A stretch of 24,077 bases of DNA from an uncultured archaeon (GTDB lineage: Archaea > Iainarchaeota > Iainarchaeia > Iainarchaeales > DTGL01): assembly GCA_964551725.1 (NCBI GenBank), contig CAZKED010000020.1, positions 1 through 24,077 on the forward strand, read 5' to 3'. Below the pieces are notes generated by a model. The model searched no databases. It worked only from the letters and a program-made list of their open reading frames with translations, and was not told the origin of the DNA. Positions 1-6,155 of the stretch are shown piece by piece (position 1 is the stretch's first letter; each line of letters begins with the position of its first letter). The position numbers and the translations under genes are program-made.

Positions 1-742
1 ACTCAAAGTGGTTGAATTTGTACATCCAGCGCTTTATTTTTGCGCCCTTGAACGAGTATTTTTTGAGCACTTCGGTAATCTTTCCACTGAATTCCCCAAA
101 GGAATGGTCCTGAGTTGCGTCCAAAAAATATGCCTTTTCCTCGAACTCCATTAAAACGAACGCGTGCGTTGAGAGGTTCTCCATTTCCGCTATTACAACG
201 CTTGCGCTGTCATCGCCAAGACCGTGCAGCAAAGAGCACAAAAAAACGGCAATGTCCTCGTCGTCCGCCACCCTGTGAGTTAAAATTTCCCTCGGCTCAA
301 GCCAGTAAACGAGGTTGAAGTCGGCTTTTGCAAAATCAATTTCTTTTTTAACAAACCCGAACGCCTTCTTTGCGGCATTCAGGTAATGCTTTTCAAAATC
401 GTAATTCTCCGGTTTCAGTTCCGAGAGAACTCCCTGTATTGTGAGGTCCTCGCCGTTGACCAGCCCCTTTATCTCCCCTATTGTTTTCTTTCCCTGCTCG
501 TTTATCAGGGAGGAGAATTTTTCAAGCAGTATCCTGTACAGTTTAAGCTTGAGACCCTTTTCAGAGAACTCGAACAGCGAACGGGTTTCAATCTTTTCCC
601 TCAGTTCCCTGAGCGCTTCGCTCTTTTCCCTGAGCTGCTTTTCAAGTGAGGAAATTTTTCCCCTCAGGCGCTCGCTACTCTCTGATGCGCTGCCCCCCGC
701 ACCGCCTTCCTCGTTCCCGAGGTCTTTCCCAGCGTTATTCAT
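1..742 (-). CDS. Transglutaminase-like (cysteine protease fold) protein with N-terminal coiled coil; 3' end runs off the window
   Basis: Not in the ORF track; translated by hand. Open from ATG 742 (alternative ATG 748) to the window edge: MNNAGKDLG...KISSLEKQLREKSEALRELREKIE...YWLEPREILTHRVADDEDIAVFLCSLLHGLG...STHAFV...YFLDAT. Matches the transglutaminase-like pattern YW.P.E.L...GDCED.A..L.SLL..LG / HA.V / LD.T. TTTTAA lies 25-30 nt upstream of ATG 742. Confidence 0.75.
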   Translation of the reverse strand, partial: MNNAGKDLGNEEGGAGGSASESSERLRGKISSLEKQLREKSEALRELREKIETRSLFEFSEKGLKLKLYRILLEKFSSLINEQGKKTIGEIKGLVNGEDLTIQGVLSELKPENYDFEKHYLNAAKKAFGFVKKEIDFAKADFNLVYWLEPREILTHRVADDEDIAVFLCSLLHGLGDDSASVVIAEMENLSTHAFVLMEFEEKAYFLDATQDHSFGEFSGKITEVLKKYSFKGAKIKRWMYKFNHFE

Positions 743-844
743 ATACATAATAGACAAAAAAAAGGATTAAAACTGCACGCTTGGGGGTTTTTTGGAAAAA
801 TGCAAAAAATAAAAGGAGAAACGCGTTATATTATGTGGGTTTCA

Positions 845-1330
845 ATGACGGCAAAAAGAGCAGAAAAGAGAGGGAAAAAAGGAGGGAAAAGCGGAAAAGT
901 AAAAAAAAGAAAAAAACGTCCAAAGGCAAAAAAGGGAAAGAAGAGGAAAAAAGCCGGGCGCGCCAGAAAAGCGGGAAAGAACACAAAGAGAGCGGGGAAA
1001 AAGAGGAGGAAAAGGCTTTCCCCTGCTCTTAGGAGGCTCGTGGAGCACGGGTTCGACAAAGAATTCAAAGAGGAAAAAATCGACGACATTGAAAGGCTTT
1101 CCGTGCTCTTGATGAGAAAATTCAAAATAAGCGCGGGGGATGTCGAAAGGAGAATGGAGAAAGAGGAAAGGAAAGGGCATTCGCCCATGCAGCTGATTGA
1201 AATAGAGAGAAAAATAAAAAAGGAATTGCTTTACGTGCCCATAGACTCCCTGCCCGGCGTCCCTTATTTTGAAAGGAAGAGGGAAAGGGCGCTCGACCTG
1301 GTGGTTGAGGCGAGGAGGCATTCGCGCTGA
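845..1330 (+). CDS. Hypothetical protein with extremely Lys/Arg-rich (histone H1-like) N-terminal region
   Basis: ORF 800-1330; the most plausible start is ATG 845 (MTAKRAEK..., 161 aa). 34 of the first 57 residues are K/R, followed by a mixed-charge, likely helical C-terminal region. It fills the gap between a divergent and a convergent gene. Confidence 0.7.
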   Translation: MTAKRAEKRGKKGGKSGKVKKRKKRPKAKKGKKRKKAGRARKAGKNTKRAGKKRRKRLSPALRRLVEHGFDKEFKEEKIDDIERLSVLLMRKFKISAGDVERRMEKEERKGHSPMQLIEIERKIKKELLYVPIDSLPGVPYFERKRERALDLVVEARRHSR

Positions 1331-1352
1331 TCTGCCTGATGCCCAACGCATT

Positions 1353-1844
1353 CTACTTTTTTGCAAGTTTTTTCCTGAGGGCTTTTTCAACTGCTTCCGG
1401 AACGAAACAACCAACGCTTCCCCCCAGAGAGGCTATTTCCCTGACAAGACTCGAACTTATGTAATAGTATTTCTCGCTTGTCATTACAAAGAAGGTGTCC
1501 GCCTCTTTGCAGAGCTTCCTGTTCATTGAAGCGTGCTGGAATTCGCGCTCGAAATCCGAAATCTCGCGCATGCCGCGCAAAATTATCCTCGCCTTCCTTT
1601 TCCTGAGGTAATCCACGAGCAGACCCCGGAATGAATCGACCTCCACAAAGGGCTTCTCCTTTGCGCATTCCCTTACCAGCCTGACTCTTTCCTCAAGTGA
1701 AAAAAGCGGTTTTTTTGATGGATTTGTCGTGACAGCGACAACTATTTTATCGAACACCTTTGAGGCCCGCTCGATAACATCCAAGTGTCCAAAAGTAATA
1801 GGGTCGAATGTTCCTGCATAGACCGCAACCTTTTCAACAGCCAT
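1353..1844 (-). CDS. coaD: Phosphopantetheine adenylyltransferase (bacterial-type PPAT)
   Basis: YAGTFDPITFGHLDVIERA (T/HxGH), LFSLEER, RGMREISDFERE, ISSSLVREIA. 163 aa. GGAGG Shine-Dalgarno before ATG 1844; overlaps the coaE stop. Confidence 0.95.
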   Translation of the reverse strand: MAVEKVAVYAGTFDPITFGHLDVIERASKVFDKIVVAVTTNPSKKPLFSLEERVRLVRECAKEKPFVEVDSFRGLLVDYLRKRKARIILRGMREISDFEREFQHASMNRKLCKEADTFFVMTSEKYYYISSSLVREIASLGGSVGCFVPEAVEKALRKKLAKK

Positions 1845-2409
1845 TTTTTCCCTCCAGCCATTCAATCAATCTTTCCGCTTCTTTGCGGGTTTTTTCCAGT
1901 GAACCAGAATTGTCCAGCACAAAATCGGCTTTTTCCGCCTTGACCTCAATTGGAATCTGCACATTAATCCTTTTAATTGCTTCACTCTCGGAAACGCCCC
2001 TGGCAACCAGCCTCTCCTCTTGCTTTTCCCTAGAACAGTAAACGGTTACAATTGCATCAAAGCTTGTTTTTGGCTCTGATTCAAAGAATACCGGCACTTC
2101 TATAAATACTATTTCAGCGTGCTGTTCCCTCAACTCCGAGAGCTTTTCCGCAACTTTTTTTTCCACAACAGGGTGGATAACTGACTCAAGCTTTTTCATT
2201 TTCCCGCGGGATGAGAATGCTGCCGCGGCAATCTTTTCCTTCTCGCTTGAACCGAATTCCCGCTGCAGGAATTCACTGATTTCGCCACTCGCATAAATCT
2301 CGGCAACGAGTTTGTCGGCGTCAATTACAGGAAAGCTTTTTTCCGCGAGGATGCCGAGAACTGTGCTCTTGCCAGAGGCAATTCCTCCTGTTACAGCGAC
2401 AACGCGCAT
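1834..2409 (-). CDS. coaE: Dephospho-CoA kinase (bacterial-type CoaE)
   Basis: Start MRVVAVTGGIASGKST (P-loop), IDADKLV, LESVIHPVV, EVPVFFE, RINVQ, ADFVLDNSGS. 191 aa. TTTTAT lies 24-29 nt upstream of ATG 2409. Confidence 0.92.
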   Translation of the reverse strand: MRVVAVTGGIASGKSTVLGILAEKSFPVIDADKLVAEIYASGEISEFLQREFGSSEKEKIAAAAFSSRGKMKKLESVIHPVVEKKVAEKLSELREQHAEIVFIEVPVFFESEPKTSFDAIVTVYCSREKQEERLVARGVSESEAIKRINVQIPIEVKAEKADFVLDNSGSLEKTRKEAERLIEWLEGKNGC

Positions 2410-2565
2410 ATGGAAAGAATGCAGGAAAAAAAATAAAAGGAAAGACCGGCGTTTTTTCCCCGAGAAAAAGGCGGCAAAAGCGCTTGGATTCCGAATTTCC
2501 CGGGAAAAAAAGGTTTGCAAAGCGAAAAGCATAGTAATAACTGGTTTTAGTGCGTAAATTTAAAC

Positions 2566-2637
2566 GGTGTGAAGCGAACTTGCTGTTGGTCTCTGACCAA
2601 TATTAGGTCTGCTTCACACCACTTCTCTGCTTTTTTT
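2566..2637 (+). ncRNA. Candidate structured small RNA / long hairpin (unassigned)
   Basis: Perfect 10-bp outer stem GGTGTGAAGC(2566-2575)/GCTTCACACC(2611-2620) and inner stem TGTTGGTC-TCT-GACCAATA. TAATAA at 2535-2540 upstream and a T7 tract at 2631-2637 downstream. The hairpin is seen directly; an RNA gene is inferred. Confidence 0.35.
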
Positions 2638-3943
2638 GGTTCCAATCCGGCATTTTAATTATTGTCTTCCTTGAAAGAATGCTGCCGAGCAGTGTCTCGA
2701 GTGCTTGCTTTGAGGAGGAAATTTTTTGCTCGAGTTCCGCGAGCCGCTTTCCGGCATTGCCGACCTCTTCCCCCATCTCTTTTTCTCTGACCCGCGCGTG
2801 CGAGAGCTCTGATTCCAGCGAATCAATTCTCTTTTTCACGTCCATTGATTTCTTTTTTTCCTCCAGTTCCAGCGATTCTTTTTCCAGCGAGTTTTCCTTC
2901 CAGAAAAAGTTCTCGGCGAAATCGTAGGATTCCAGCTCGGAGATAAGCGCTTTCTTTTTGCCGAGATCTTTTTCCTTTAAGTGCATCTCCTTTGAATCAA
3001 TCGCTTTATTGAGTTCCCTCAGGAGGAGTCTGAATTTTTCCCCGGTGGGGTCCTTTTTGAGCGCGGAATACGGTTCTTCGACGAAGGAGTGCAAAGTTGC
3101 CCTGCCTTCCGCATTCAAAAAATAGCGCTTTGATTCGACCATTTTCTCGAGTCTTTTGAGCGGCTTTTCCAGCCCTGCGAGCAGGTCGGAGAACTTTGCC
3201 CTCAGTTTTCCCTTTTCGAGCATTATTTGCTCCTGTCTTTTCAGGACCGCGGAAAGCTCTTTTGATTCCTTGGAGGAATTGAGGCGCTTGAGTGCGTTCT
3301 CCAGTTCCCCAATTTTTTTGCCCTGCTCTGAGAGCTGTTTCTCTTTTCCTTGGAGAATGCTCTCGGTTTCCTTCTTTTTTCCAATCAATTCTCCAACAAG
3401 CGCGGATTGCTCTTTTGCCCTTTCGACAGAAAGGAGCGCCCTGTTCTCTTCAATTGTTTTCTTGAGCTCGGACAGAATTCCCTCAATCTCTTTTATTGTT
3501 CCGCCGAGCTTTCTCGTTTTTTCCTTGAGCATTATTCCTGCGTAGGCAATGTTTTTTCCCGAGGAAAAAACCTCCTTCCTCAGTTCCGGGGCGGCATTCA
3601 GACAATATTCCGCGCATTCCTGCAGCGAGCCCGTTGCAGGCGGTTCAAGCTTTGAGAGGATAGCGCGCATTTTTTTTGCGGCTGAATCCCTGCTTGTTTT
3701 CACTATTTTGCGCAGTCGCTTGTTTGAGTGCTCGCCTATTTCTCCTCTTTCAAGTTCCGTTAGGTCCTTCTGGGCTTCGCTGAGCAGATGCTTTACTTCC
3801 GAGAGCCTGCCTTTTACTTCAATCTCGAGTTCCTTCCTCTTGGCACTGCTCTCCTTTTCAAGCAGGGCTGGAATTTCGCCGAGGGAAACCTCGAGTGGTT
3901 CTGCACCCTTCCTGCCCTTTAAGAAGCGCGAAATGAAAGACAT
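2603..3943 (-). CDS. Hypothetical long coiled-coil protein
   Basis: 446 aa from ATG 3943 (MSFISRFLKGRK...). Extensive E/K/L heptad-like segments, no Walker A. TTTTATT lies ~24-30 nt upstream, supporting this start over 4009. Confidence 0.85.
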   Translation of the reverse strand: MSFISRFLKGRKGAEPLEVSLGEIPALLEKESSAKRKELEIEVKGRLSEVKHLLSEAQKDLTELERGEIGEHSNKRLRKIVKTSRDSAAKKMRAILSKLEPPATGSLQECAEYCLNAAPELRKEVFSSGKNIAYAGIMLKEKTRKLGGTIKEIEGILSELKKTIEENRALLSVERAKEQSALVGELIGKKKETESILQGKEKQLSEQGKKIGELENALKRLNSSKESKELSAVLKRQEQIMLEKGKLRAKFSDLLAGLEKPLKRLEKMVESKRYFLNAEGRATLHSFVEEPYSALKKDPTGEKFRLLLRELNKAIDSKEMHLKEKDLGKKKALISELESYDFAENFFWKENSLEKESLELEEKKKSMDVKKRIDSLESELSHARVREKEMGEEVGNAGKRLAELEQKISSSKQALETLLGSILSRKTIIKMPDWNQKKQRSGVKQT

Positions 3944-4050
3944 AGTGAAATTTAGTTCAGCAAACAATAAAACGCTTTGCGCTTCCGCATTCACACTCTT
4001 CTTATACATAACAATTCTTTTTTATTCTTTTCCTGGAACAAAATAAGCGT

Positions 4051-5109
4051 ATGGACATAATGAACCTGCTCAAAGAGAAAAAACCGCTCATTGACAGGGA
4101 AATGGAGAAAGTGCTGCCCAGAAAAGCATCAAAGGAATGGCTCGCCGGGGCGCTGGGAAAGACGGGTTATGCCTACGGTGAAAAAACCGTGAGCAGGGAA
4201 TTCAATGAGCCGGTGTGGGAATTTCTGGACAGGGGCGGGAAAAGGTGGCGACCCGCGCTCCTGCTTTCGAGCTGCAAGGCGGTCGGGGGCAGTGAAAAAG
4301 AAGCGCTGCCTTTCTCTCCGCTGCCGGAACTGATTCACAACGGAACAATAATAGTTGACGATGTTGAAGACGGGGCGGAAATGCGCCGCGGCAAGAAGAC
4401 AATGCATTTGCTGCACGGAGTGGACACCGCGGTAAACAACGGCAACGCGCTCTATTTCGCGCCCCTGCTGCTGCTTTACAGGAACCCCGAGAACCTGGAG
4501 GCGGAAAAAAGAATCAAAGTTTACGACCTCTACGCAGAGGAAATGCTCCGCGTGAGCATAGGGCAGGCAATGGACATCCACTGGCACAAGGGCAAAAGCA
4601 GCGTGAACGAAAAAGCCTATCTGCAGATGTGCGTTTACAAAACAGGGGTGCTGGCACGCTTTTCCGCAAAACTCGGCGGAATACTGGGAAACGGGAAAAA
4701 GAGGGAAATAAACGCGCTGGGCAAATTCGGCGAATCGCTCGGAATTGGATTCCAAATACAGGACGACATTCTGAACATTGCGCCGGCGAGCGAGGAATGG
4801 GGAAAGGAAATAGGAGAAGACATACGCGAGGGCAAGCGCACGCTGCTCGTTCTCAGGGCGCTTGAAGAACTCGAGCTACAGCACTCAAAAGAACTGCTGA
4901 GAATACTGGATTCGCATACAAAAAAACGCTCTGAAATAGAAAAAGCCGTAGAACTCATAAAAGGAACAGACGCAATAGAATACGCAAGGCAAAAATCCTC
5001 CGGAATAGTGAAAAAAAGCTGGAAGGAACTGGAAAAAGTCCTAAGGGACAACGAAGGCAAAAGGGAACTCAAGGCATTCGCGGAATTCGCGGTAAACAGG
5101 GAAATTTAG
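4051..5109 (+). CDS. idsA: Trans-polyprenyl diphosphate synthase (GGPP synthase/IdsA family)
   Basis: GGKRWRP, first Asp-rich motif HNGTIIVDDVED..RRG, GQAMD, YKTG, second motif FQIQDDILN, GEDIREGKRT. 352 aa. Confidence 0.92.
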   Translation: MDIMNLLKEKKPLIDREMEKVLPRKASKEWLAGALGKTGYAYGEKTVSREFNEPVWEFLDRGGKRWRPALLLSSCKAVGGSEKEALPFSPLPELIHNGTIIVDDVEDGAEMRRGKKTMHLLHGVDTAVNNGNALYFAPLLLLYRNPENLEAEKRIKVYDLYAEEMLRVSIGQAMDIHWHKGKSSVNEKAYLQMCVYKTGVLARFSAKLGGILGNGKKREINALGKFGESLGIGFQIQDDILNIAPASEEWGKEIGEDIREGKRTLLVLRALEELELQHSKELLRILDSHTKKRSEIEKAVELIKGTDAIEYARQKSSGIVKKSWKELEKVLRDNEGKRELKAFAEFAVNREI

Positions 5110-6131
5110 CCCTCTGCTTTTTTTCCCTTCTTTATTTCAACAACGTCAAGCTCAAGACACTCGCATTCCGATTTGAGCAGCGAGGAAATGCTTGGAAGGG
5201 TGCGACCGAAATCGCCTGAAATGAATTCCTTAACGTAAAGCCCTGCTTCGGCTTCCAAGCGCAGAGAGAGCTTTTTTTGGGCAGGCTCAAGCGACAGTAT
5301 TTTTGCCTCTCTCCCCCGGACTTTATCGGCTCTGCCAATGCAGCGCAGAGGAGTACGCTGCCTTACAGAAAGAACACTGCCCTGCAAAAGTGAAAGGGCT
5401 TTCATTTCCGGCTCAGGGCAGCAGGAAACGCGCGCCTCGTAAACCTTGCTGTTCCTCTCCTCCTTCATTTCCGCCACTGCTTCCTTGCCGCATTTCTTAA
5501 GACCCTGAACCTCGATTTTTTTCCCTTCCGCGGAGTTTATTTTCTCCTGCAACTTTTTTAAGTCAGCGGAACGCTTTTTTGGTTCGAGGAGTTCGAGGGC
5601 GAATTTTCTGCCCGAGCCGAGCATTCTGACATCCTTGTCTTCTCTGCCGGAGCCGTGGAATTTCGCTCCACTGCAATTGAAAAAGGGGAGGGCATGCCTT
5701 TCAACAAGCCCCTGCACTGATTCCGGCGTGATAATGCCGGAGTAATTGCACTTTTTGCAGCCGCGCCCCTTGCACTCAAAACAGTAATGCCTTGTCTGGG
5801 TTATCTTGCGGGAGAATTTTTTATAGCACCCGCAGATGAACAAAGGCTTAACGTGCAGGAAAAGCAAATCCTGGTTGAAGTTTGCGAGAATTTCGATTTC
5901 CGCGTTTCGGAAGTCTGCTTTTGCGTTGAGGGATTCCTCCAGCTTTTTTACCATCAGCGGCTGGAATTCCTTTTTGAGCAGGAGTTTTCCGTCATCGCTT
6001 ATTGAGTTTGGAAAAGTGCAGCCGAGGAGGAACGCTGAAAACTCGAATTCTCGCAGTGCTTTTTTTGCCGAGGCTGCGATTTCTTCCAGGGTTTCGGCAT
6101 TAAATCCGGAGAAACGGAAACTGCAGTGCAT
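5106..6131 (-). CDS. pus10: tRNA pseudouridine(54/55) synthase Pus10
   Basis: GCYKKFSRKITQT, CFECKGRGCKKC, catalytic FHGSGREDKDVRMLGSGRKF, QRTP, AEAGLYVKEFISGDFGRT. 341 aa with a short N-terminus. Confidence 0.92.
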   Translation of the reverse strand: MHCSFRFSGFNAETLEEIAASAKKALREFEFSAFLLGCTFPNSISDDGKLLLKKEFQPLMVKKLEESLNAKADFRNAEIEILANFNQDLLFLHVKPLFICGCYKKFSRKITQTRHYCFECKGRGCKKCNYSGIITPESVQGLVERHALPFFNCSGAKFHGSGREDKDVRMLGSGRKFALELLEPKKRSADLKKLQEKINSAEGKKIEVQGLKKCGKEAVAEMKEERNSKVYEARVSCCPEPEMKALSLLQGSVLSVRQRTPLRCIGRADKVRGREAKILSLEPAQKKLSLRLEAEAGLYVKEFISGDFGRTLPSISSLLKSECECLELDVVEIKKGKKAEG

Positions 6132-6155
6132 AAAGGAAAAAAGGGCGCAAAGGTA

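Noticed and set aside
115-770. + strand ORFs 115-318, 386-649 and 441-770
   Set aside because: Antisense to a continuous minus-strand frame (742 to <1) that the track missed because its stop lies outside the window.
845-1015. A/G-rich stretch as a tandem repeat or CRISPR array
   Set aside because: No fixed repeat unit or spacers; explained by Lys/Arg/Gly codons. No CRISPR array, transposase or integrase was seen anywhere in the window.
2410-2532. N-terminal extensions given by the ORF track (coaE to 2532; also starts at 4009, 800, 16335 and 14976)
   Set aside because: They translate promoter or upstream-gene sequence; downstream ATGs coincide with family N-termini and with TATA or SD spacing.
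2566-2621. tRNA, split tRNA, SRP RNA, C/D or H/ACA guide RNA
   Set aside because: The ends look acceptor-stem-like, but there is no cloverleaf or TTCRA loop, no GNRA-capped SRP helix 8, no RUGAUGA C box and no ACA after the stem.
2603-3943. SMC/Rad50-family ATPase
   Set aside because: Coiled coil only; no Walker A/B, signature motif, hinge or CxxC hook was recognised, and it is too short.
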